From contig CAZALK010000007.1 of NCBI GenBank assembly GCA_964486045.1, forward strand, positions 32,001 to 96,000: 64,000 nucleotides of DNA. Reading direction: 5' to 3'. The notes beneath the pieces were generated by a model. The model ran no database searches, was not told the origin of the DNA, and saw only the letters and a list, made by a program, of their open reading frames with translations. Shown here piece by piece: positions 30,213 to 41,102 of this stretch. The stretch is from an uncultured archaeon. Lineage in GTDB: Archaea > Asgardarchaeota > Lokiarchaeia > Sigyniarchaeales > SOKP01. Position numbers and translations under genes: made by a program. Position 1 is the first letter of the stretch. Each line of letters starts with the position of its first letter.

Positions 30213-30450
30213 AAATATTCACTTTTTATCATTTCTAATAATAGTAATAACAATTTTATAATTTATATTTATGTACTTCTATAGATTCTTTACTAGTGCA
30301 TTGGGTAGTGAAGAAATGAAGAGGGCTTGAATATCAAATATTAAATTTTAGACCATGATATATGTCTAAAGAAATATGTTCTGAAATCTGGGCTTTGCTA
30401 AATAAACTCAAGAAATTATAAATTAATCAATATTTTGCTTATTTGATACT

Positions 30451-30744
30451 TTAAAACTCACGTCTATTAGAGTTTAATTCTTTTTTAATTATATTTATTT
30501 TTTCTAACAGCTCCTTAGTGATTACTTCTGTCTCTATGACTTCTTTCAATTTATTAAGATTCTTTAGCGATTCTGGCAATTTGTCTATTGGGTTAAAGCG
30601 AATATTAAGAATTTCAAGTGACTCTAGCGTCCCAACTGAGATTGGTAATTCAGAAATATTGTTTAGAGATAAATCCAGTTCTTTTAAAATACTCCCCATA
30701 ATAGGAGCATTAATTGCTTTAATTTCAATATTCACACCAGCCAC
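30451..30744 (-). pseudogene. leucine-rich-repeat protein fragment
   Basis: LKELDLSLNNISELPISVGTLESLEILNIRFNPIDKLPESL (2-3 LRRs); the N-terminus is unrelated or broken. Confidence 0.6.
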
Positions 30745-31011
30745 ATTAAATATTAGTGGTGATAGGACGGTTTATATATGGATGACTCAGTTAGCTGTGG
30801 AAGTTATATAATTGATCATATTTCCCCTAGGATGAGTATTGACGTCAAGCCTCATTCTTTAACAATTTTCAAGTTTAAAAAAGAGTAAATTAGCAATTTC
30901 AACTATTTATTTCGAGGAGCGAATTAAGATCTTTCCAAATTTAACAGAACAAAAAGAATTTATTTTATAAGCTAAGAAATCTAATTTCTATTCATCAGTT
31001 TAACAAATTAA

Positions 31012-32523
31012 ATGAGAGCCCAATGGAAAATGTCTATAAAACACCAGCCATGGCAACCCAATCCAAAAATATATGAGATTAACACTTGGCCATGGCTTAA
31101 ATACCTATCAGAAATATATAATAAGCCTGTTACTCTACAAAACATCCCAGAAGAGATTTACCGTAAAAATATTAATTTATTTGACGCGATATGGTTAATG
31201 GGGGTATGGGAGAGAAGCCCAGCAAGCAAGAAAATTGCTTTTGAAAATCCTGATTTACAGAATGAGTACCATAAAGCTTTACACGAATTTCGGGATGAAG
31301 ATGTAATTGGTTCACCCTATTCTGTTTATTATTACCATGTAGATAAGAGTATAGGCGGATTTGAAGGCTTGAAAAAAGTACGACATCAATTATCTGAACA
31401 AATTATTAAGCTATTACTTGATTATGTTCCTAATCATATATCTATTGATTCACTCTGGACATTAGAATCTAATCTATTTATCCAAGGAACATTGGAGGAT
31501 CTTATGAGAAGACCGAATGATTTTTTTAGTCTTTCAGGAAAGATTTTTGCTAATGGACGAGATCCCAATTTTCCTGGTTGGTCCGACACTATTCAAATTA
31601 ATGCCTTTTCAAAAGAAGCACGGCAAAAGACGATTAACACATTATTAAGTATTGCTGAAATATGTGATGGGGTTCGTTGTGACATGGCAATGCTAATGAT
31701 AAACAAAATTTTTAGTAAAACTTGGGGTGAAAAAGCAGGACCCATACCCGAAAAAGAGTTTTGGGAGGAGATCATAACAGCTGTTAAGAATAAATATCCG
31801 GATTTTTTATTTATTGCTGAAGTCTATTGGGATATGGAATGGGAACTACAACAACAAGGTTTTGATTTTTGCTATGATAAACGTTTGTATGAAAGGTTTG
31901 CTCATGATAATGTAAATAGCATAACAGAACATCTTAAGGCGGATATAAGCTATCAAAATAAACTCGTTCGGTTTATTGAAAATCATGATGAGATTAGAGC
32001 AGTGGAAAAATATGGAGCAGATAGATCACGTGCAGCAGCACTTATCACACTAACACTTCCAGGAGCACGATTAATTCATGAAGGACAAATGGAGGGTTTT
32101 AAAATAAAATTACCTGTTCAATTAGGAAGGCGTCAAACTGAAGAAATTAATCAAAGTCTCCTTGAATTTTATCAAAAATTATTGGAGCTCATTCCTGGTA
32201 ATGAATTTTCGAAGGCTATATGGTCACTAAGTAGATTAGAGTCTGTTGATTCTGAGGATCACTCCTTTAATAATTTAATTTCTTATCTTTGGTGGGTAAA
32301 TGAAAAATATCGATTAATTGTAGTTAATTTCAGTCCATATTTCTCAAGAGCTCATATACGACTGGATCCTTTAGATTACGGTTCAGTTGAATGGGCTTTC
32401 AAAGATTTGCTTTCTGGAAAGGAATTTCATTTTGAAGGAAAAAATTTAGCTAAACACGGACTTTATGTTGAATTAGAAGCATGGAAGGGGCATGTTTTTA
32501 ATATTCAAAAAATATATAATTAA
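31012..32523 (+). CDS. GH13 alpha-amylase family glycoside hydrolase
   Basis: YEINT, LDYVPNH, DGVRCDMAM, AEVYW and FIENHDE catalytic regions. Confidence 0.9.
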   Translation: MRAQWKMSIKHQPWQPNPKIYEINTWPWLKYLSEIYNKPVTLQNIPEEIYRKNINLFDAIWLMGVWERSPASKKIAFENPDLQNEYHKALHEFRDEDVIGSPYSVYYYHVDKSIGGFEGLKKVRHQLSEQIIKLLLDYVPNHISIDSLWTLESNLFIQGTLEDLMRRPNDFFSLSGKIFANGRDPNFPGWSDTIQINAFSKEARQKTINTLLSIAEICDGVRCDMAMLMINKIFSKTWGEKAGPIPEKEFWEEIITAVKNKYPDFLFIAEVYWDMEWELQQQGFDFCYDKRLYERFAHDNVNSITEHLKADISYQNKLVRFIENHDEIRAVEKYGADRSRAAALITLTLPGARLIHEGQMEGFKIKLPVQLGRRQTEEINQSLLEFYQKLLELIPGNEFSKAIWSLSRLESVDSEDHSFNNLISYLWWVNEKYRLIVVNFSPYFSRAHIRLDPLDYGSVEWAFKDLLSGKEFHFEGKNLAKHGLYVELEAWKGHVFNIQKIYN

Positions 32524-32547
32524 TACATGAGAATGAGTGTATGAATT

Positions 32548-33249
32548 ATGATAGACTATAGCTTAATTAAAACAATTGTAGCAAGTATTTCAGTAATAAT
32601 CGCTTTAATTGCAGGATTTTTTGAATTACGTTTAAATCCAAAAAATTGGTTAAACAGATGGTTTGCTTTGTTTTTTATCTCGACAGCTATGGCATTTTTT
32701 ATTTATGCGTTCTATCATTTAATATACAATACGGATTTTTACATTACTCAGGCAATTGTTATCCCGATGTTGATAACAGCCCATTTTTTATTTAGTTTTG
32801 CCACTATATGCTTGGTGATGACAGTATTCATATTAGAAAAGTATAAAAAGATTGCTTTTAATTATAAACATCTTGGACTAATGATGGTTTTGTTAATAAT
32901 TATGAGTATTGGTTATTTTTTACCTGGCTTAAGACCAATATTGCTCCTAGATCAACATCTCCTTGGGTTTATTGACACTTACACACCTAGTGCGCTGTTT
33001 TGGTTTGTAAATATTATCCGGTTAGGATTATTATTTTATGTTCTATTCAAATATGCTATGATTACCAGAAAAGTTGAGGAAGCCACCAAAAAAAGAATAC
33101 AATGGTTTATTGCAGGAATAATTAGTATTATCGTTGGGATTGTTATCAACTTACTCGGGGGATTTGTTATGCAACCATTAATTGAAATATTTGCATTAAT
33201 TCTATTGGATATTGGCATAATTCTAATAGTTAAAGGTTTTTTGATTTAA
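32548..33249 (+). CDS. multi-pass membrane protein (HisKA_7TM-like sensor domain)
   Basis: About 7 TM helices with NPKNWLNRWF after TM1; no cytoplasmic output domain. Confidence 0.6.
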   Translation: MIDYSLIKTIVASISVIIALIAGFFELRLNPKNWLNRWFALFFISTAMAFFIYAFYHLIYNTDFYITQAIVIPMLITAHFLFSFATICLVMTVFILEKYKKIAFNYKHLGLMMVLLIIMSIGYFLPGLRPILLLDQHLLGFIDTYTPSALFWFVNIIRLGLLFYVLFKYAMITRKVEEATKKRIQWFIAGIISIIVGIVINLLGGFVMQPLIEIFALILLDIGIILIVKGFLI

Positions 33250-33385
33250 CTGAGTATCATTACAATCTCTTTGTTTTTAACAATTAAGAGTAATTTTATG
33301 TAAATTCCTTAAATCAGGGTAATTGAGTAAAAATTACTTTCAATTCTTAAGTACTTTTTAATATAATCATCAACTAATATCTAAT

Positions 33386-34681
33386 ATGAAAGCGGTTATA
33401 TTAGCAGCTGGAAAGGGAAAAAGGTTAATGCCAATAACTTCCTCTCGTCCTAAACCGATGATTCCTCTCGCTGGCAAACCGTTGTTAGAACATACAATCT
33501 TAGGGCTAAGGGATGCGGGAATTGATAAAATTCTATTAATAGTTGGATATAAAGAGGAAAATATTAATAACTATTTCGGGGATGGGCAAAATAAGTTTAA
33601 TATAAAAATAGAGTATATTACACAAGAGGAACAGTTAGGAACAGGTCATGCTGTTAGCTACGCTAAAGATTTTGTAAAAGATGAACCCTTCTTGTTAATT
33701 TATGGTGATCTAGTTACAGAGCCTCTAATTTTTAAGGAAATTATAGAGAAATTTAATGAAACTAAACCTAAAGGCATTATTTCTTTATTAAAGGTTCAAA
33801 ATCCTCAGGATTATGGAATAATTTCACTTAATTCAGATGGTTTTGTAGAAAAAGTTACTGAAAAACCTGCTCCGGAATTAAAGTTAGGTAATTTGGCAAA
33901 TGCGGGGATATACGTTTTTGATCCTTTAATATTTGAAGCTATTGAAAAAACAGAGAAATCCATTAGAGATGAATATGAATTTACAGATTCAATGGAAATT
34001 TTAATCTCTCAATTAAACGGCAGTATACTGGGATATAACATAAAAAATTATTTTTGGAACGACATTGGTTTGCCATGGCAATTGTTTGAAGCAAATCGAT
34101 TTTTGTTAGATCGATTAGAAGGGAAGATATTAGGTAATGTTGAGCAGAATGTTCAAATTATCGGAAAAGTTTTTATTGGAAAAGATTCAAATATCCGATC
34201 AGGAAGTTTAATTGAGGGACCGTGTTATATTGGGGAAAATTCTTTGATTGGGCCCAATGCATTTATAAGACCTTATAGTTCTGTTGGAGATAATTGTCAT
34301 GTAGGGTTAAGTGAAATCAAAAATTCCATAATTTTTTCTAATTCAAAAATTCCACATTTCAATTATGTAGGAGATTCTATTTTATGTGAAAATATTAACT
34401 TTGGTGCAGGTTCAAAAACCTCAAACTTACGTTTTGATAACAAGAACGTGTGGGTCACGATAAATGGTACGCGAGTAGATTCAAGTCGTAGAAAGTTAGG
34501 ATCCATTATTGGTCCGAATGTTCAAACAGGGATCAATGCAAGTATTATGTGTGGGAAAATTATCGGGGAAAATTCAGTTATTGGTGCTCACACATTAGTA
34601 ATGGAAGATGTACCGCCTAACACACTTTATTATTATGACCCATTTGAAGGGATAAAAAAGAAGGATAACTTTTTTTCTTAA
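33386..34681 (+). CDS. glmU: bifunctional sugar-1-phosphate nucleotidylyltransferase/acetyltransferase (archaeal GlmU)
   Basis: AVILAAGKGKRL.P.T..RPKP, QLGTGHA, left-handed beta-helix repeats and HFNYVGDS. Confidence 0.88.
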   Translation: MKAVILAAGKGKRLMPITSSRPKPMIPLAGKPLLEHTILGLRDAGIDKILLIVGYKEENINNYFGDGQNKFNIKIEYITQEEQLGTGHAVSYAKDFVKDEPFLLIYGDLVTEPLIFKEIIEKFNETKPKGIISLLKVQNPQDYGIISLNSDGFVEKVTEKPAPELKLGNLANAGIYVFDPLIFEAIEKTEKSIRDEYEFTDSMEILISQLNGSILGYNIKNYFWNDIGLPWQLFEANRFLLDRLEGKILGNVEQNVQIIGKVFIGKDSNIRSGSLIEGPCYIGENSLIGPNAFIRPYSSVGDNCHVGLSEIKNSIIFSNSKIPHFNYVGDSILCENINFGAGSKTSNLRFDNKNVWVTINGTRVDSSRRKLGSIIGPNVQTGINASIMCGKIIGENSVIGAHTLVMEDVPPNTLYYYDPFEGIKKKDNFFS

Positions 34682-34684
34682 AAT

Positions 34685-36544
34685 TTAATGAACTGTTACA
34701 GTTTTAGCGAGATTTAAAGGTTGGTCAGGATTTAAATTATGTTTTATGGCGGCATAATATGATAAAAGTTGTAACGCCGGAATAAAAGTTATTGGGCTAA
34801 ATAGACTAAAATATTTTTCTGAGGGTTGGGGTATTCTAATAGTTAAATCACTTAAATTAGTGATTATTTCATCATCTTCAGCGACGACTGAGATAATTTT
34901 CCCCCCTCTTGCCTTAAATTCCATAACATTACCAACAAGACGTTTGTAAGTCTCATCTGGAGGTGCAATAAAAATGATTGGAAATCCTTCTCTCACCAAA
35001 GAAATTGGTCCATGTTTAGCATGAGCAGCAGAATAACCTTCTATAAAACGGCAGGCAACTTCCTTCAATTTCAAACCCCCTTCTTTAGCGGTTGCAATTG
35101 AGATCCCCCGTGCTAAGAAGAAAAAATTATGACTCGAATTCAAGCTGTTAACAATTTTTTTTATCAGATCAATATTATGATCTAAAAATTTCTCAATAAT
35201 ATCTGGAGTGGAAACCAATGCTTCGTTGTATTTATGGATTTCATTTTCAGAAAGAATTTTATTGAATTTGGCAATTTCTAACCCTATTAAGCCCATTGTA
35301 AGAACTTGGGTGCAGTAAGTTTTAGTAGCTGCTACTCCTATTTCAGGACCTGCTTGGGTGACAATAACGTGATCAGAAATTCTAGTAAGAGAAGATTCTA
35401 CTACATTTGTTATGCATAAGACTGTTATTCTATTATTCAATTTCTCTTTTGCCCATTTTATAGCCTCCACCAAGTCAATCGTTTCACCTGATTGACTTAC
35501 AGCTATAATAACAGAATCTTCCGGGAGTGAATTTCCTAGTTGGATTTGAAATTCTGAACATTCTATGGCTTCTACATATTTTTCTAAAAATCGAGTAATC
35601 ATGAATTTACCTGCTAGGCAGGCATAAAATGAAGTACCTGCTGCAGTTATAAATATATTGTTAGCGTCATATAGTACTCTTGAGAAATCCTTAATAATAT
35701 CAGTTGATATTTTTAGAGTTCGTCGTAAAGCTGCAGGTTCTTCATAAATTTCTTTTAACATGAAATGTTCATATCCACCTTTTTCTGCAGCATCGATACT
35801 CCATTCTATATGCTTCAATTCCTTCTCAATTGGAGCTGAATTATTTTTGATATTTAAAAATTCAACTTCACCTGGTTTTAACACAGCCATTTCGTCATCG
35901 TTTAATATATAACAATTACGAGTATATGGCAAAAAAGCAGGGATGTCAGATGCGCAATAAGTTGTTTTACCCTCTTCAATCCCGACGATCAAGGGAGACT
36001 CCTTTCTAACAACGATAATCGTATCAGGATAATCAGCATGGCATATCGCAACACCATAAGCGCCCACACATTTATTCATCGCATTTGCTACAGCATTTTC
36101 AAAATTGAGCCCATTTTTCATATTTTCTTCAATTAAATGTGATATAATTTCTGTATCTGTCTCAGATTTGAAAATATGCCCTTGTAAAGTTAAAATTGTT
36201 TTTAATTCAATGAAATTTTCAAGAATACCATTATGAATGACAGCTATCTTATCGGAACAATCTAAATGGGGATGGCTGTTAATCATTGTCGGTGCGCCAT
36301 GGGTTGCCCAACGAGTGTGGGCAAGAATGAGCTTTGAACCGAGTGGAAATTCATCTAATTGTAATTTTTTGTGGATTTCTTCAATTTTCCCAGCATCTTT
36401 CTTAACATATAATTTCGACTTGTATTGTGATACCATACCACAAGAATCATAACCTCGATATTCTAAACGCCTAATTGCCTCAAGTGCTATTTTTCCTATA
36501 CTTACATCATCTTGATTTGTAACAATCCCAAATATCCCACACAT
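34685..36544 (-). CDS. glmS: glutamine--fructose-6-phosphate transaminase
   Basis: MCGIFG, LEYRGYDS, HTRWATHG, SQSGET and NLAKTVTV. Confidence 0.97.
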   Translation of the reverse strand: MCGIFGIVTNQDDVSIGKIALEAIRRLEYRGYDSCGMVSQYKSKLYVKKDAGKIEEIHKKLQLDEFPLGSKLILAHTRWATHGAPTMINSHPHLDCSDKIAVIHNGILENFIELKTILTLQGHIFKSETDTEIISHLIEENMKNGLNFENAVANAMNKCVGAYGVAICHADYPDTIIVVRKESPLIVGIEEGKTTYCASDIPAFLPYTRNCYILNDDEMAVLKPGEVEFLNIKNNSAPIEKELKHIEWSIDAAEKGGYEHFMLKEIYEEPAALRRTLKISTDIIKDFSRVLYDANNIFITAAGTSFYACLAGKFMITRFLEKYVEAIECSEFQIQLGNSLPEDSVIIAVSQSGETIDLVEAIKWAKEKLNNRITVLCITNVVESSLTRISDHVIVTQAGPEIGVAATKTYCTQVLTMGLIGLEIAKFNKILSENEIHKYNEALVSTPDIIEKFLDHNIDLIKKIVNSLNSSHNFFFLARGISIATAKEGGLKLKEVACRFIEGYSAAHAKHGPISLVREGFPIIFIAPPDETYKRLVGNVMEFKARGGKIISVVAEDDEIITNLSDLTIRIPQPSEKYFSLFSPITFIPALQLLSYYAAIKHNLNPDQPLNLAKTVTVH

Positions 36545-36649
36545 ATATAATTTCCTGCTTATTGTTTATTCTTTTTAAATTTAGACTCAATTTTACTTAA
36601 TTAATTAAAAAGTAAAAATTTTATGTAATTTTTAGAAAAAACTATTTTC

Positions 36650-38071
36650 CTAGATTAGATTCAGATCTCTCATTTTCTCTTCTGCTAATTTATTTACCTT
36701 TTTGGTGGATTCTAAGTTAATACTTGATTCTCCTGAAATTCGTAAATAAGGGCTTGTCCCTGAGCGTCTTATTAAAAGCCATCCGCCATCGTAATCAATT
36801 CTACATCCATCTAATCGATTAATATTTTTTACATCTTTACCGAGTGTTTCAAAAACATTTTTCATTGTGAGAATAATATCATTATAATCATCATCAGTAA
36901 ACGGTATATCTAATTTTAATCTAAATTTATTAGCATAGTATGGGTAATTAGGAATATCTTCTAATAGTTCCGTTAAATTTTTTCCAGTAGTAGTGATCAT
37001 CCGTAGTACACTGGCTATCGTTACTATTGAATCTGGTCCTAAATGAAATTTAGGCCAAATGTAAGTACCAGAAGTTTCTCCCCCCAAAAATCCACCATAT
37101 TTCTGTAGAGCAAGAGCCACTTTAATATCTCCCACTTCGGTTCTTATAACTTCGCAACCAAGAGGATTTAGTACATCATCAATTAAACTAGAAGAATTAA
37201 CTGGTGTGACTACTTTCATTTCTTCTTTTTCGACTTCATTTTCTGTAATGTATTTTTTTGCCATCAATGCAAGTAGACGAATCGGGTCGATAATTTCACC
37301 ATCTTCCTTAAGGAATATAACACGGTCAGCATCACCATCTAAAGCGATCCCAATATCTTCTCGATCAGAATTCTTGAGAAATTTTGAAATTTGAATTAAG
37401 TTTTCCTTATTTGGTTCAGAATGGCGTCCTGGAAATCGACCATCCATCTGAGCATTTATAGTCATTATTTTACAACCATATTGACTTAGAAGTTGAGGTA
37501 CTATATCTGAAGCCGTGCCATTACCCGGGTCCACAATCAAATTTAGTCCACTCCCATCAAAATCTATTTTATTTGTTATTTCAGATATATGAATATCATT
37601 CATGTCATTTATCTGAGTAACTTTTCCAATCATATCATATTTAATATTGAGAAAACTTTTTTCTTCATAAACTCTTGAGATCTCATCTTCTTGTTTGGGT
37701 GAGAATCCGATACCGGATCGGTTCCATAACTTCAATCCTATGTATTCAGGAGTGTTATGGGAGGCAGTAATCATTACAGCAGCATCAGCATCAATCTTAT
37801 TTGATGACATGGCTAAGGTGGGAGTAGTTACAACTCCAAGAGCCTTTACATTACAGCCAGTGCTGATTATTCCAGAAATTAAGGCATACTCTATAGGTAA
37901 GGCAGACATTCTAATATCTTTTCCGATAGCCACACTACCCTTACCTTTTAAATACGTTCCTAATGATAAACCAACATCTAAAGCCATTCGTGGTGTAAAC
38001 ATAAGATTGGATTCTGAGTAGCTACGAAATACTCGTCTAATACCAGAAGTTCCGAAAATCGAATTAGTCAT
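36650..38071 (-). CDS. glmM: phosphoglucosamine mutase / phosphohexomutase
   Basis: FGTSGIR, ITASHN, DGDADR, GGETSG and RRSGT; adjacent to glmS. Confidence 0.88.
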   Translation of the reverse strand: MTNSIFGTSGIRRVFRSYSESNLMFTPRMALDVGLSLGTYLKGKGSVAIGKDIRMSALPIEYALISGIISTGCNVKALGVVTTPTLAMSSNKIDADAAVMITASHNTPEYIGLKLWNRSGIGFSPKQEDEISRVYEEKSFLNIKYDMIGKVTQINDMNDIHISEITNKIDFDGSGLNLIVDPGNGTASDIVPQLLSQYGCKIMTINAQMDGRFPGRHSEPNKENLIQISKFLKNSDREDIGIALDGDADRVIFLKEDGEIIDPIRLLALMAKKYITENEVEKEEMKVVTPVNSSSLIDDVLNPLGCEVIRTEVGDIKVALALQKYGGFLGGETSGTYIWPKFHLGPDSIVTIASVLRMITTTGKNLTELLEDIPNYPYYANKFRLKLDIPFTDDDYNDIILTMKNVFETLGKDVKNINRLDGCRIDYDGGWLLIRRSGTSPYLRISGESSINLESTKKVNKLAEEKMRDLNLI

Positions 38072-38323
38072 TGGTAATTTAGAAAGATCAGTAGTTATTT
38101 GAATAATTACTTAGTTAAGCAATATAAGAATAAGAAGATTTTCTACTTTTTATACTTATTTTCTGATTTTCTTCAATCTCTTGATATATTTGGATGATAA
38201 ATAATATGACAAATCATGGTGTGTGATTGGAAGAAGATAATAACTTTAATTTTAATCTTAGAAACTAAAAATTATAAATTAAATCTCAACATTTTACTAT
38301 GATAATAAAAGAAACTTCTGATT

Positions 38324-39805
38324 TTGATGAATTTAAAAGATTTTGAACTTATCTATAAGGAAAACCGTATCAAAATTAAAGATAAATCGAAAATTGAATC
38401 TGAACTGGTAGGAATTTTAGGTGAAAACAATGTTTCAACAAAAAAAATTGATCTTCTCGCATATACAAAAGGCTCAACTCTTATTGGTTTTAATTGGGAT
38501 ATAGAGGGTAAGCTTGCTGGATTTGCTGATTTTATCACGTGGCCTGAAACGAGTGAACACATTAGTGAGATTTTAAAGTTAGCAAACTTGGAAAAAATTC
38601 CGATAATCCCTTATGGTGAGGGTTCCGGTGTAGTTGGAGGCGCAATTCCACTATTTGGTGGAATAGTCCTTGATATGAAAAAGTTTAATAAAGTAATTGG
38701 GATAAACGACAAGAATTTAACTGTAACCGCCGAAGCAGGTATTAACGGTATGAATTTGGAACGTTATTTAAATGCCAGAGGATATACTTCTGGTCACATC
38801 CCCCAATCATTATATTTTTCATCTTTAGGCGGTTGGATTGCACATCGAGGAGCGGGACAATTCAGCACAAAATATGGGAAAATTGAAGATATCGTTTTAG
38901 GAATGGAGTTATTATTACCACAAGGCGAAAAAATTAAGTTTAAAACAATTGCAGGGGCATCAACAGGACCACAATTTGATAAACTATTTATGGGAGGAGA
39001 AGGGACTCTTGGTATAGTTACTAAGGCAACTTTAAAGATATGGCCAGTGCCAGAGAAAAAATCCCTAATTTCATATGGGTTTCCAACAATTGAAGATTCA
39101 CTGGATGCAGTACGGAATATTTTAAGAGAAAACATTTATCCTGCCGTGATCAGAATTTATGATAAATTTGAAACCACTCGACATTTTCCTAATATCGACA
39201 GCTCTCAGAATAAAGTTATGGCAATATTCATCTGTGAAGGAAATGCAAAGCTTGTGGAATTAGAAGAATCAATTACGAAGGAAAAATGTGAAGCGAATTT
39301 AGGAGTAGAATGTGGTGAATCTCCAGTAAAGCATTGGTTAGAGACAAGATTTCGAGTAACTGAAACTTCTTCAATGCCACCTTACAAAATTGTGTTTGAT
39401 ACACTTGAAGTAGCTTCTTTATGGGATAATGTGTTGGATATCTATTACTTAGTGTTAGAATCAATGAAAAAAGTTAAAGGAATCTTAATGATTACAGCCC
39501 ATGTCTCTCATTTTTACCCAAATGGGGTGGGAATCTATTTTTCATTCGGTGGTGTACCCCCAAGGGGAATATCTAATTTAAAATTTTATCAAAAGTGCTG
39601 GGATACTACGATAAAAGCTGTTTTGGAAGCAGGTGGTTCAATTGGTCACCATCATGGAATCGGTATTAATCGATCACACTGGATGGATGAAGAATGGGGT
39701 AGGGGTATGAGTACTTTAAGAAAAATTAAGAAATTGCTTGATCCAAACAATATTTTAAATCCAGGTAAAATTTATGTAAATATTTGGAAACGCGGTGATA
39801 ATTAA
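38324..39805 (+). CDS. FAD-binding oxidoreductase, alkyl-DHAP synthase-like
   Basis: IPYGEGSGVVGG, GHIPQS, STKYGKIED, GGEGTLG, HHHGIG and DPNNILNPGK. Confidence 0.85.
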   Translation: MMNLKDFELIYKENRIKIKDKSKIESELVGILGENNVSTKKIDLLAYTKGSTLIGFNWDIEGKLAGFADFITWPETSEHISEILKLANLEKIPIIPYGEGSGVVGGAIPLFGGIVLDMKKFNKVIGINDKNLTVTAEAGINGMNLERYLNARGYTSGHIPQSLYFSSLGGWIAHRGAGQFSTKYGKIEDIVLGMELLLPQGEKIKFKTIAGASTGPQFDKLFMGGEGTLGIVTKATLKIWPVPEKKSLISYGFPTIEDSLDAVRNILRENIYPAVIRIYDKFETTRHFPNIDSSQNKVMAIFICEGNAKLVELEESITKEKCEANLGVECGESPVKHWLETRFRVTETSSMPPYKIVFDTLEVASLWDNVLDIYYLVLESMKKVKGILMITAHVSHFYPNGVGIYFSFGGVPPRGISNLKFYQKCWDTTIKAVLEAGGSIGHHHGIGINRSHWMDEEWGRGMSTLRKIKKLLDPNNILNPGKIYVNIWKRGDN

Positions 39806-41080
39806 ATGGGTATTGAAGAAACCTTAAAAAAGTATTCCTGGCTAGCACCTTTGCTTCAAAAAGCGGATAGAGAAACTAGATCCACATTAATGAAGAATCT
39901 AAGACGAAGAAAGAAGAATTTTTTCCCTCAAGGTGATTTTAAAGCTGATATTGATAGTTTGATAAAATGTATGTTATGCCCAAATTTGTGTAGATTCGAT
40001 TGTGGAAGTCTTGTAGCTGCGAGTACTGAAAGTATGAGTCCTGCATATAAATCAAGAATTGGTTATTATCTTTCAGTAGGTAAACTAGATCCTACTGACC
40101 CTACTAATAAAGAATTCATTGATTTAATGTACAAATGCTCAAATGAGGAAAGTTGTAAAACTTGGTGTCCTTTTAATTTTTCAGTTGTGTCTCTCCTTGA
40201 AACTGTAAGAGATGATTTAAACGCAAAAGGTCTAATGCCAGATTATGTAAAACCAATTTTGGCAAATCTTCACAAAACTAATACAGTTGAAGAATTTGAT
40301 GTTTTCAAAACCTTTAAAGAGAAGGGAATTGATAATATTGAAACGGATGGTAATGATGATGTATTTTTTCACATTGGTTGTATATCCATGAGGTTCCCAT
40401 CGATGATTCAATCTTATATTGATATATTAAAAAAAGCTAAGGTTAAATTCTCAACAAATTTAGAACAAAAAGCATGTTGTGGGGCACCTGCATTCACGAT
40501 GAGAGATTTAAACACTGCGAAAATCTTAGCTGAAAAAAATGGGGACTTAATCGAAAAATCTGGTGCTAATCTCGTAGTAGCAGACTGTCCGGGGTGTGCT
40601 TCAACAATGATCGAAAAATATGATGAGATTGGAGTTAAAATTAAACCAAAAATTATTCATATAGTGAATTATATTGCACAGCTCATCGAGGAAGGGAAAT
40701 TAAAGTTTGAAAATGAAATTCCTACAGAACTCAGTAAGGTAGCTGTTCATGATCCATGTCACCTTTCAAGAAACTTGGGTGATTTAACATCCTTAAGAGC
40801 AATTTTCAAAAGCATTAAAGGTCTAACTTTGTTGGAACCTATATATAACAATGAATATACACATTGCTGTGGGTGGAGTGGAGCGTTACATTGGGCAGAT
40901 AAGAATATAGCACTTACGGAAGCATCTAATAGAGTTAACGAACTAAAAGATACAGGAGCAAGTGTTTTTGTATCAGCTTGTCCTTTATGTGAAGTAGGTT
41001 TAGATAAAGGCCTTGGAAAAAATGAAAAAAACAAAATAAAAATATTAGATATATCTGAATTATTAATTAAAGTACTGTAA
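39806..41080 (+). CDS. Fe-S oxidoreductase (GlpC/HdrD-like, CCG domains)
   Basis: CxxCxxxCxxxC, two CCG motifs, HDPCHL and ACPLC. Confidence 0.88.
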   Translation: MGIEETLKKYSWLAPLLQKADRETRSTLMKNLRRRKKNFFPQGDFKADIDSLIKCMLCPNLCRFDCGSLVAASTESMSPAYKSRIGYYLSVGKLDPTDPTNKEFIDLMYKCSNEESCKTWCPFNFSVVSLLETVRDDLNAKGLMPDYVKPILANLHKTNTVEEFDVFKTFKEKGIDNIETDGNDDVFFHIGCISMRFPSMIQSYIDILKKAKVKFSTNLEQKACCGAPAFTMRDLNTAKILAEKNGDLIEKSGANLVVADCPGCASTMIEKYDEIGVKIKPKIIHIVNYIAQLIEEGKLKFENEIPTELSKVAVHDPCHLSRNLGDLTSLRAIFKSIKGLTLLEPIYNNEYTHCCGWSGALHWADKNIALTEASNRVNELKDTGASVFVSACPLCEVGLDKGLGKNEKNKIKILDISELLIKVL

Positions 41081-41102
41081 TTAGCAATTAAAAAGTGATT
41101 TT

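Noticed and set aside
30451-30860. LRR ORF as an intact eukaryotic-signature protein
   Set aside because: Only 2-3 repeats fused to unrelated broken sequence; it looks like a remnant.
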